A stretch of 64,000 nucleotides of DNA, from positions 5,828,001 through 5,892,000 of the forward strand of contig CM060733.1 of assembly GCA_030704615.1 (NCBI GenBank). The letters run 5' to 3'. The stretch is from Takakia lepidozioides (lineage: Eukaryota; Plantae; Bryophyta). The notes beneath the pieces are model-generated. The model was not told the origin of the DNA. It saw only the letters and a program-made list of their open reading frames with translations, and did no database searches. Shown one piece after another: positions 23,862-35,312 of the stretch; position 1 is the stretch's first letter; each line of letters opens with the position of its first letter. The translations under genes were made by a program, and so were the position numbers.

Positions 23862-26800
23862 CAACCACGGGACGCGTCCTCTACCTCTAAGCCCACTGGA
23901 CTTAAGGTTGCAGTTACGGAGGACAATTGGGAGCCTGATATTGGACCCATTGTCACCGGAGGAGAGAGACGACGTATACGGCGGTTCCTGAGGGCTTACA
24001 GGAATTGCTTTGCCTTCAGTTTGAAGGACTTGGGAGCACTGAAGGGTCAAGAGATCCGTATTGAGTTGGCCACTGACACGCCAATCTTTCGGAGACCCTA
24101 TAGATACAGTGACATGGAGAGGTCTTTGATTCAGATGAGGACTCAAGATCTCTGGGAGGCAGGTTTGGTGGAGCTCTCTGGTGGAGAGTATGCTTCAGCC
24201 ACAGTGATGCCAGCTAAGAAGGATGTCTATGGCAATTGGACGGAGAGACGTATGTGCGGTGATTACCGGCCTGTAAATCGTCAGACCAAGTCCGATAGGT
24301 ATGCCATGCCAACACCAGAGGAGATCTTTGATGCCATTGGGCATTCCAAGGTCTTTAGCACGTTGGATTTACGATCCGGATATCACCAGTTGCCGATCAA
24401 GGAGGCGGATAAGCAAAAGACGGCATTCTGGGGGATCAATGAGCACGGGAAGGATTGCCTATACCAGTGGCGGTTCTTACCATTTGGGCTTAAAAACGCT
24501 CCCGCTGAGTTTCAAAGAGTCATGGACAGGATTCTAGCAGGGGTGGAGTTTGCTCGGTGCTACATAGATGACATCATCATCTTTAGTGCTACGGTGGAGG
24601 AGCATGAGAGACACCTTCAGGGGGTATTTGAGCGCTTGAGGACGCACGGATTGAAGTTACATCCGGGCAAGTGCAAGTTTTTCCACAACCAGATTGAGTA
24701 TCTGGGTCACATGATATATCCTGGAGGATTGGGGGTACAGCAGACTAAGGTAGAGTCCATTGCACAGGTTCCACGCCCCACGGATGTGAGCCGAGTTCGA
24801 GCTTTCATGGGGTTAGCAAACTATTACAGACGGTTTGTTAAGGGATTTAGTGCCATTGCAAAGGCTCTAACCAAGCTGACCAAGGTGGACCAGGAGTGGC
24901 AGTGGGAAGATGAGCAAGAACAAGCTTTTCAAGAGCTCAAGGCGAGGTTGACCTCGGCGCCCATCTTGAGACGACCTATCAGGGGGCGTCTTTTCAGCTG
25001 CATACAGATTGGAGCATGCTGGGGCTTGGAGCGGTGCTCACACAGGTGGATGATGAGGGAAGAGAGTTCGTAGTGGCTTATGCTAGCCGCTCGAACAATG
25101 CTGCAGAGTCTAAGTATAGCTCATATGAGGGAGAATGCTTAGCTGCAGTGTGGGCCGTGGCACACTTCAGGTGCTATCTATACGGCAATCTCTTCACCCT
25201 TGTCACGGATCACCAACCACTCAAGTGGTTGATGGAGTCAGACAAGCTTACGGGGAAGCTTGCACGGTGGGCACTCATCCTTCAAGAGTATGACTTTCAG
25301 GTGGTGCATCGACCGGGTTTGGTCAATCGAAATGCAGATGGGTTGAGTCGCAATCCATGCACGAGCCAGCAGGATGACACTGGAGCTCGGTGGCATGGTG
25401 AGACGGACGAGGAGATGGTGCCCGGATGGCATGCATCTGCATTTCTGTGTATCTTGGCAGCGGAAGGCCAGGTTGGACCTACAACAGGGATGACTGTAGA
25501 TCAAGTGTCTGAGGACCCTGAGGCCAGCAATGAGCAGGGTGGCGCCAAAGATATACATGAGGATTCAGTTGTGTTGGACTACCTCCGCAGTGGAGACACG
25601 GCAGCCATTATGACTGCCAAGGAGAGGGATCGGATCCTACAACGAGCCAAGAGGTTCAGGTGGGAGGGGACACACCTGCTCCGAGTGTGGGAGGATGGTC
25701 GAGTGAGGATTGTGCCTCACCCAACACAGCGGGCACGGTTAGTGCGGCATGCCCATGAGGAGTTGGGGCATTTTGGGGTGCGACGCACTCATAGTCTACT
25801 ACAGGGGCAGTATTGGTGGCGTGGTATGCACACAGAGGTACAACACTTTGTGGCTAGGTGCATGGTGTGTGACAGGGTGCGTGCTTCATTCAACGCCCCT
25901 ACTCCACAATTGCACCCTCTTCCGATCATGGGATTGGGCTACAGGTGGAGTCTTGACTTCGCAGGGCCGTTGCCACTGACCATGCGCCACAACAAGTACG
26001 TGTTGGTGATGGTGGAGCACTTCTCCAAGTGGATTGAATTGGTTCCATTGCCTGATAAGGCTAGTGAGGGAGCTGCGTATGCATTCCTGGATTGTGTGCT
26101 TAGCCGATTCGGTGCTCCAGCTGAGGTACTCACGGACCAAGGGAGAGAGTTCTTGGGGGAGTTTCAGGCTTTGTGTGACAAGGCCTTGATAGACCACCGC
26201 ACCACTTCTCGGGATCATCCTGAAGCCGATGGCTTGGCAGAGAGAGTTGTTCAGACAGTAAAGAGGGGTTTGCGCAAGTATGGCTTGCAGAAGGGACACC
26301 TAGGAGATTGGGACCTTCAGTTACCCTGGTTAGCCATGGGCTACAGGTTCAGCAAGCAAGCATCACTTGCCTCCTTCTCACCATACTTTCTTCTCTTTGG
26401 CCGAGAGCCGGATTTGCCTACATCCATTCGCAGAGAAGCTGCTACAGTTCTTAACCTTGACGATCCGGACGTGTGGGCACGTGCATGTGAGCAGCGTGCA
26501 GAGTTGTTCAAGAGAGTCATGCCTATGGCTTTCGAGAACCTTGCCATTGCACAACACCGTGATACGTTGAGGTATGCTACCATACGTGGTGGGGGCTATC
26601 GTCCTGGGGTTCGGAGATTCAACCCTGGTGACTATGTCTATCTGCAGCAGACTGCTCCTACGACCCTGGATGTGACTGCAGGACGTGTTATTTTGAGGGT
26701 TCGAGAGGTCTTGCCCTCAGGCGTCTTGGTCTTGGAGGGTCGGGATGGCATCACTTGGAAGGACCATGTGCGTAATTGTGCGCCATGTCACCTTCCGAAT

Positions 26801-26995
26801 GTCGATGGCAGGATTGACCCAAACCTGGCAGTGGTATCTGCAGGTTTGAGGTGCATGTTGTGTGGGTCTGCTAAAGGGGCAGCCACCATGCTGGTATGTG
26901 ATCGGTGCTCTAGAGGTTGGCATATGGGATGCTTGACTCCACCTCTTGAGATGGTTCCGGATGGAGATTGGTTATGTCCACATTGCATTGGATAG
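23862..26995 (+). CDS. pol: RT-RNase H-integrase-PHD finger (one frameshift at ~24990)
   Basis: LPFGLKNAP and YIDD RT, TDWS RNase H, HHCC and D-D-E integrase (SLDFAG, TDQG, AERV), C-terminal C4HC3 PHD at 26852-26986. Confidence 0.95.
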
Positions 26996-27255
26996 TGGGA
27001 GTGGATACAACCATGGGAGGCTAACAAGAAACGCAAGGCCCAGCTACTAGGAGACCTTGAACACACGAGATCTTGGCTCAAGTTCATAGATTGCAAGACG
27101 GCGACTAACGATGGGGCTACTCTTGTACCCGGCCTCTTGGTTGATAGAGTTTGAGCTCGATAAAGACAGTGATAGAGGACTTAGTACGGCTGTGGCTATT
27201 ACATCTTGTAGCTATCTGGAGGTAGAGGGACCTATCCACCAGCTAGGGGGGCGAT

Positions 27256-27785
27256 TGTGCTAGACTACTTTATTGTGCATATATGTGTGGTGTGGTTTGG
27301 ACAGCGATGTAGTTGTGTAGCGATATGTATGCGCACGACAGCTGTCAAGTTAAATAAGCACAGTGTGAAAACAGCTAGAATAAAACTAGTTATTTGTATT
27401 TAACACTTGGATTTAGGTCAAGTGTTAAATCAGGTGTCAAGTTTAGTTTGACACCTGGTCTGTTTTATCTTCACGAGAGCGGCAGTCGCGCGGCTCATCT
27501 CTCTCGAGTTGAGCCTGCGCGACCGAGCTCCTGCATTCTTCAGATCTGAGTGTGCTTATGATGGGAGTGTAGGTTGTTGTGGGGTGGAGTCTCCATAGCT
27601 TGGGGTGCCCCTGGCTCGACTATTATCTTAAAGAGTGATGTTGAGGGATTGCATATTTCTTGTGTTGAGAGTGTGTGTCCTTATCTAGTTTGGTTATCAT
27701 TGTGCTAGACTACTTTATTGTGCATATATGTGTGGTGTGGTTTGGACAGCGATGTAGTTGTGTAGCGATATGTATGCGCACGACA
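27256..27785 (+). repeat. 3' terminus: two identical 85-bp TG...CA LTR-like repeats (27256-27340, 27701-27785) flanking a 360-bp hairpin-rich spacer
   Basis: Exact direct repeat. Its 3' ~50 bp match the copy-2 LTR at 46643-46830. Confidence 0.9.
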
Positions 27786-29427
27786 CATTACCTGTTGGGC
27801 AAGAAGTTTATGTTCTATGTGGATCACCAGGCTCTGATATACCTGGTAAATAAACCTCTGATAAGCGGAAGAATAGCAAGATGGTTGATAATCTTGCACG
27901 AGTTTGAGTTCGAGGTTGTTTACAAGCCTGGGAGACTGCATCTTGTGGCGGATCACTTGTCACGGTTATCAACAGGAGAACCAGCCATAGGAATAGATGA
28001 TCAATTACCAGATGCGAGTCTATTTGCAGTGGAGGTGCAGGGAAGTGCAGATGAATGGTTAGATTGGCAGTGGCCAATCAGATACTACCTTGCTCATGGT
28101 CAGTGCCCACCTAGTTATGGTAAGGAGCAGAGGAAGAGAATCGCTATCAAAGCTGTACCTTATACTATGGTAGGAAGCAGAATGTATAAGCTAGGACCTG
28201 ATGGAGTACTAAAACGATGCTTGTACCACCATGAAGTAAATAAAGTTTTGGAGGAAGTTCATAAAAGAGTGGCTGGAGGTCATTTTGGAGAAGAGACTAC
28301 CAGTAGGAAGATACTACATGCAGGTTACTGGTGGCCTACTTTGTTCAAAGATGTGCACAAGTATTGTCAGAGTTGTGATGAATGTCAGAGGCTGGGACCT
28401 TTGCAGAGATCTGGGAAAATGTCTTTGCATCCTACAATGCCTACGGAACCATTTCAGAAATGGGGACTAGACTTTGTTGGACCAATTAACCCACCAGCCA
28501 AGAATACACGGAACAGGTACATAATTACAGCCACTGATTATACTACGAAGTGGGTGGAAGCTAAAGCTTTGAGGGACAACACAGCCAAGTCCACAGCAAG
28601 GTTCATGTACGATAACATACTTACACGATTTGGCTGTCCCTTAGAATTTATCAGTGATCAAGGAAGGTCACTTCATGAATGAGACCATTGAGTTGTTGAC
28701 TAAAGAGTTCATGATTGTGCATAGAAAAAGTACAACATATTACCCACAGGGTAATGGGCAGGCAAAGGCTACCAACAAAATACTATGTACTATCTTGGCT
28801 AAGATAGTCAATGCAAACAGAACGGATTGGGATACAAAGCTGCTGACAGCTTTGTGGTCATACAGGACTTCATATAAAGTCACCACTAAGTATACACCAT
28901 TCCAATTAGTTTATGGTATGGAAGCCTTACTTCCAGTGGAATTCCTGTTACCTACCATGAGAACGGAGTGGGGAAAGAGAATGGAATTGCAAGATTCCAT
29001 TAAAGTCAGGAAACATGAATTATATCATGTGGAAGAAGTACGTGCTGATGCAGCTGATAATATGACCAGAATTCAGATGAAGAGAAAGGAACAGTTTGAT
29101 GAAGGCAAGTTAAAGACTTTTAAGACGGGGGATTTGGTTCTATGGTTGCAGAAGAAAGGAAAGATTAAAGCTTCTAAGCTTAAATCACCATGGAAAGGAC
29201 CTTATGTCATACAAAAGATGTATGATAACAACATCGCGATGTTACAAACCATTAACAAAGAAATGCTGGGAAGAGTCAATGCCAATAAGTTAAAGGGATA
29301 CAGGGGTATCCATGACAAACCCTTGCAGCATGACTTGCATGTTGAAATGCAAGAGCAATCGCGGGCTGCACCAGTGTTACCAACGGAGTATGGAGCACTT
29401 GTCGCTAGGCCAAGCATATATGACTAG
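27786..29427 (+). pseudogene. pol: RNase H C-terminus and integrase (frameshifted)
   Basis: YVDHQAL...RIARW; H...GGHF...CDEC; KWGLDFVGP, SDQG, W.GPY. Confidence 0.92.
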
Positions 29428-29439
29428 GGCGGGCAAAAC

Positions 29440-29655
29440 AAGCGTGACACAGCCTATCACAGCCCATCAAGGTGAAACACAGCCCATCACAGCCCATCAC
29501 GACGTGACACAGCCTATCACAGCCCAGCACGGCGCAACACAGCCTATCACAACCTACCACAGCGTGTCACAGCCTATCACAGCTTACCATAGTGCATCAC
29601 AGCCTATCACAGCGTACCACAGTATGACACAGCCTGTCACAGCTCAACACAGCCT
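29440..29655. repeat. 30-bp tandem repeat (ACACAGCCTATCACAGC... units)
   Basis: About 7 units, translating as QPITAxH repeats. Confidence 0.9.
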
Positions 29656-30128
29656 ACTAGGATTACACGATCCATAGAATCAGTGACAGGTGGGCGCACA
29701 ATAACTTCAGAAAATGGCTGACGGAAGAAAAGACGGAAACCAGTTTAAAAATAGACACGTGGAAGTCAGGGTGCGACACACAGCCGAGAAGGAAGTGCAA
29801 GAACAGGTGTCATAAAGAAAGAGGACAAGAACGGCCGTCAAAATGGATGAAAGGCGGGCCCATTAATGAATACGGAAAAAGGGGAACGGAACAAGCGGCA
29901 AGTACAGAAAAGCGAAATTCTTGCCACATGTGTGATCCTAGTGGACTATCCAGCAGGGAAAGTCCACTAAAGAAAATGAAATCTAAAATCAAGTCACAGT
30001 GGTTACAGCCAATAGAAAGCCAGAGAAATGATCAAGAAATTGGAGGGAAATTAAGCGCAAGAGGCGGCGTCGTTCTGAGTAACGGGCGTCTCGACAGGAC
30101 AGACCATCAATGCTATAGCTTGAAAACT

Positions 30129-33100
30129 ATGGAGGAACTAACAGACTATACGCTTGCAATACTACTCACGCAGTGGCATAGGGACGAAACAACAGAGCGG
30201 ATCTTTTCTCTTGAGCGATGCTTGCAAGCCCCACAGGCTTACAAGAAATTACCCATAGCTTTTTGTGGCAACCATATGTTTATGCTTTGTGCACTACAGG
30301 CATTTCTGCAGTTGTTACAGCCAAAATATTTCTGTGAGTCTAAAATGAAGAGAGTGAGAGGAATGGAGGAAATCAGGGTGAAGAGCACCACAATTCTGCA
30401 GAAACAAACGATTGCTACCCCACAGGCGATACAGATACTGAAGGAGCTGAGATTGCAGGATTGCAAAGCATAGATTGGACATTACACCATAGACAGTACA
30501 TGTTACAATTTTTGCAGAACTTTGAGCCAAGGACAGGAACAACAACGGTGAAGGGAGTTGAATTAGTGATTACTCCCCTATACCTCCAGCAATTGTTTCG
30601 ATTGCCAGCAGGTCAGGTGCATGTGGAGGAGCACAGGACAAGACTGCAAATAGGGGACTTATTCCAAGAAGGGAGTTTCTTTAAAACTCAGGGTTATGCT
30701 TGTACCAAGGCCGCGTACCCAGGGCTAAAGGAAGTAGGCCAGGTATTGAACGTTCTGATTGCCATGAAACAGAACCAACAGTATTTGAGCAGATCCTTCA
30801 CGGAGGAAATACTCAAAAGCCCTGAAAGGACAAGAGGTAGAATGGGCGGACATAATGTACAACGCACTGGTAGAGGAGATGAAAAGATTACAAGGTACTA
30901 CCGCAAAGTCTCCTATCATAGTATCTGGCCCAATCATTGCTCAAATAATTCTTGATTCTGGCATACTTGATGCGCAAGAAAGAAAGGAGATGGGAGTGTT
31001 TGAGCCAGAAACCACTACAATGGAAGAGCAAGGCTCTTCACACAGTGAGGGTGGACTAGCAAGGCAACCCAAGACTAAGAGGCAGAGACGGGGAAAGACT
31101 ATACTGGCGGATCCACTGGCTTCACGGATTCCGCATGATAATGTTTCCCAAGCTCATGTGCAGGAAGGGGCACAGCAGCACAGGGAACTGCTATTACTGG
31201 AAGCAGAACCTTCAGAGAGGGAGGAGGAAGTTACTTCAGTAACACAACCATCACAGCCAGCTGATCGGCTTGTCACAAGGTTACAAGTTGTCCATGCAGC
31301 TCAACCAGAAATAATTGATTTGGAAAGAGAAGGGTTAGATATTCCAACTACAGAACAGATAGTGGCAGAAATTGAGAAGGGGGACCTTCTCTATGAATAT
31401 TCTGGTCTGGTCAAGGAGACAGAGATTCCAGAGGTGCAACAGTTGCCCAAGGGAAATCCTGAGGTGCATATAATACACACACCTGTGTCGGAGGTACCAC
31501 AGGCAGAAGGTCATGGCACTGTAGCACCGGTGATAGATGAAGTGGTTCAGGAAGAAAATCCGGTGGGACAATGGCCTGAGTGGTTCGTGAGACATCACAC
31601 TGTTGAGGATCAGGAGGAACAGCAGCAACCTCACCATGATGACCCTCAACAGGCAATGCTGATGAGTTCCATAGGCATGACACTTAATTTGTTGGGGACT
31701 TATGTCAAATCCCATGTTCCAACTACCCAATTGACAGCCTTGAGAGAAGAACTCGGGAAGGAGTTTGAGGCTCGACTAGCCACTGAGTGTGCAAACAAGG
31801 TCGATGAAGAGGTCACTCTCAAAATGCAGCAGGACTTGGAAAACACAGAAGCGGCTTTGCAATTGGCCAAGGAACAATTGATTGAGACAGGCCTCGCGCA
31901 AGACCAATTGCACGAAGCACATAAGCAACAGCTATACCAAATGCAGGTGCAGCATGAAAGCAAGTTGCAAGAAGTGAATACATTACATACGGAGTTGCAG
32001 ACAGTGCATGACAGGATGGCCATACAATGTGCTACATTCACAACTATGCTTGACCAATCTACAAAAGAAATAAACAGTCAAGCGGAAAAATGTACGAAGG
32101 CAGAAGAAGAGAATGTTGAGCAAATGAAACTCATTGTCGATATGAAGAATACAATCTGTCGCAATGATGATACTTTCAAGCGATACAGGCAGGTTGAAGC
32201 TGATCAAGAGAAGCACATCGTGGAGTTGCAACAAACGCTCATGGCCAATAGAACTGAAATCACGGTCACTAACAAGGCTTGGAAGGAAGCTAATAATCTA
32301 CTTGCTGCCTATGCGAATTTGGTTGAACCTCATGCGAAGCGCATGGAGGCCTTACTACAGTAGTTAGAAGTGTACAAACTAAGAGAGGAGCACACTCTCA
32401 GGGAAACCACAAGCAACTTGGTGGATAACAGCCTTATGCAGGTCTGGTTAGCACAAGGGCTAGTGGAGGGCAAAGCACCACGAAAGCTCACCCAAAGCGA
32501 GATGAATGAGCTCAGACTGCAAGTGCAGAACATTGCCACAACTACTATAGACAATGTCTATAGTAGGATAGCAGAGTTACAGGAGGATGTAGACGGACTG
32601 CAGACTCAAGTGGAGGACCTCACTTCAAACATAGACAAAAGAGTCTATATCCCTCAGGAACAGCTAATGGCTTCTTATTTACAAGCCAGAACTTTGGCTT
32701 TTCAGTCTTCACAGGAGGTGCAGGAAATGCCAATGATACAAGAGCCAGTACCACCAACACCACAACAAGTCACTGTACCAGTAGCTGAACCTGTTGTTAC
32801 TACAACCACACCGCAGCCACCACAGCCTGAGGTATGGGGCAATGCTGCTTTTAACCCACCTAAAACTCCAGCTGCAAGGGAGTACAATAGGGCTATGATT
32901 ATGCCCTTCAACCAAATTCCCCTCATGTTGGATTTGGCTTGGAAAGAATTTAGTCCTCCGCAGTCATTCGCACATTACTACCAAATCATGCGCATTTGGC
33001 TGCCAGTGGCAACTAGGACTAAAGTTCTTCCGAACAATCGACCAATTGAGGATCATCACTTTGCACAGTACTGGCACGAGGCAGGTACCATGTTGAGGGA

Positions 33101-33206
33101 ATTAATTGCTTTCCAGGTTGTACATGGATTCATTTATACCAAGACCAAGGAGGTAGCAAGTATCGTCATGGGATGCGGGTTATACTACGCTGCTTGTTTT
33201 ATGTAG
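30129..33206 (+). pseudogene. Extra ~1000-aa ORF downstream of integrase (env-position ORF) with long coiled coil
   Basis: ORF pieces 29847-30473, 30461-30955, 30855-32363 and 32370-33206 joined by 2 frameshifts and one TAG. Motif MLQFLQNF...VKGVELVITP..LQQLFRLP resembles plant retrotransposon accessory proteins. Confidence 0.7.
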
Positions 33207-33214
33207 AGGGGGGT

Positions 33215-34124
33215 TACACAACACGTCACATCCAACACAGCCCGTCACAGTCGTCACAGCCGACACAGCCAACACAGCCCGTCACAGTCGTCACAGCCAA
33301 CACAGCCAACACAGCCCGTCACAGTTGTCACAGCCGACACAGCCAACACAGCCCGTCACAGCCGACACAGCCACACAGCCAGTCACAGCCCGACACAGCC
33401 AAACACAGTCGCACAGCCAATCACAGCCCGTCACAGTTTCACACAGCCAGTCACAGCTTGACACAGCTGTCACGATCATAGGGAACGGAGAGCAGGACAG
33501 GGAACGACTGTGGGGAACAACACCTTGCAAATGGAACATGTTAGTTCACGGACGACGGTTAGTGAGGGAAACGGTTAGAGCCACGGGTAGGAAGATAAAG
33601 GGAGAAGCAAGGACTGAGTAGGGGGCTTTTTGGGGAGAGGATTCTGGGAAGCACGTCAAGAGAGAGAGAGGATCGGGTGGAGAGTAAGAACGGAAGCAAA
33701 GATGGAGAGCACGGTGAAGGAGGAGAGATGATTAGTAGATGCTTGTTATATGAAAAACTGTAGTGATATTGTAGAGCAGATTAGAGACACAATGGCTTCG
33801 GCCTGATACCTGATAAATCATAATCTGATACTTATACGATACAACCACACTGTGTAGAGAGATCTGAGTGAAGTTGTGGAATGAATGGATGGGTTGATGG
33901 AATCCGATAAATTGATGAAGCAAACTGATACTTAATTATCAATGGTAAGGTAGCTAACATGAATGCCAAAAGGGAAACAAAGAGGAAACACCCCCATGAT
34001 ACACTAGCTGTAGGTCATGACTGATTGTTCTGCGCGGGCTGAGTACTTAGAGATTTCCAACTCTTCTATCTTGGAGTTTCCGCCTTGGATAGCGAAGGGA
34101 TGGGTGAGTAAAAGCCGCGCGACA
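33215..34124 (+). repeat. 3' LTR with (CACAGCC)-rich tandem array at 33227-33475
   Basis: Follows the PPT and ends in CA. Confidence 0.7.
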
Positions 34125-34480
34125 CAGTTCCAGCTTTGACAATGTCACGATGGACCTCTTTGCCCTTTACCCAGTCTCCAGGGCTGCCAGGTTTGCACAT
34201 GCATTGCAAACACGAATGAACGTGACCCGGTCAGGCTGCACCTCTTCTCAACATTTGCTCATATGTCTCCAATGCCCTCATCCCGCACACATGCTCGCCA
34301 TATCTTGCAAGATTCAGCGTGTTCCTTGAGACAACATCTTGTTCAGCCATGTTATCAAACTCTCCCTTCGCAACTTCATAGGTCTCCAAAGCCTCCATCC
34401 CACGTCCCTGCTGTGCATACCCTGCAAGCATCGCACTCCACGACACTACATCTCGGCAAAACAGGCTGAAATAGCTCGAA
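34125..34480 (-). pseudogene. PLS-PPR pseudogene fragment
   Basis: RDVVSWSAMLAGYAQQGRGMEALE..., with frameshifts. Confidence 0.85.
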
Positions 34481-35312
34481 GAAGAAGGTGCCCTCACCAC
34501 ATTGTCCTCTACCTTGTGTCATGACCCATTGCGGATTAGACTGACCATGAACCCAAGAAGACCTCTTGTGCGTGCTGCTTGTATCTCTAGTTAGGTAATG
34601 TGGGATTGGTTCGTAAGAACCACCACAGTGCAGCTGAGCGGGCAGAGATTAAAATATGGGTTGCTAAGACCAAGCTGATTCCCCCAAGAACCTTGTGATC
34701 ATCAGGATGAATACCAAATCATGGTACAAAGGGGAGCCAAGAGCCCACATTTGCACATAATGCGCCCTTGACGCCATAAACGCTTGCAACAACAGGACAT
34801 GGGCCTCGATTTGGTCTTCGTCCTTCTCGCATCACTTGCTCGTCTCTCTCTCAAGCCTCCATCCCTCTCCCAACACTTGGACAAATTCAGGCAAAGGACA
34901 AAGTTACTCTTCCACCCTTAGATCATTTTACATCCGACGATTAGAACAATCTCTACGAGCCACACAAGCCCTAAAATACATTAAAATATTCCACGTCATG
35001 AGCCATGTGGAGCACTTATAAAAATTCCATTTTTGAATAGGGTGTGCAATGAATGCCTAGTTGTTAAGAGTCGTTCTCTAGTGCTTAAAACCACTTGTAA
35101 TTGTTGTTTAAAAAAAAAAACAATTTACGTAATTGAATTAAATCGCCACGAATATTGTGCCGACTGCGGAGTCATTGATGTAACTTCTATCCGCCATTAG
35201 AAATGTGAATTTATCCGTTACGACTGTGCAGTAGTAACAAACATCTCAAAGTTGTTCCCTCAGTGGTTTTGGACATGCAGTCGATTCGGAAAAGACACGA
35301 ATGCTTCTAGTG
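34125..35312. repeat. 1.19-kb segmental duplicate (copy A) of 41964-43153: 5' part of PPR pseudogene, upstream region and CACTA-like end
   Basis: Near-identical to 41964-43153. Both end ...GAATGCTTCTAGTG (revcomp CACTAG). Confidence 0.92.

Larger units (their letters stand above)
18107..27785 (+). mobile_element. Ty3/gypsy non-chromovirus LTR retrotransposon encoding a C5 DNA methyltransferase and an integrase-terminal PHD finger (copy 1; 5' LTR missing)
   Basis: Continuous Gag-PR-DNMT-RT-RH-INT-PHD. PPT AGGGGGG at 27245-27251 and TG...CA LTR at 27256. Inserted in the RNase H of another gypsy element, which resumes at HYLLG (27786). Confidence 0.92.
27786..34124 (+). mobile_element. 3' half of an Athila/Phygy-like non-chromovirus gypsy element with a large extra ORF and 3' LTR
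   Basis: RH-INT at 27786-29427, extra ORF, PPT AGAGGGGGG at 33205-33213, LTR ending CCGCGCGACA at 34124 directly against PPR pseudogene sequence. Confidence 0.85.

Noticed and set aside
35290-35312. Helitron 3' end (CTAG) for the duplicated segment
   Set aside because: Only a weak 5-bp stem precedes it, and identity extends through TG (TAGTG), which fits a CACTA terminus better.
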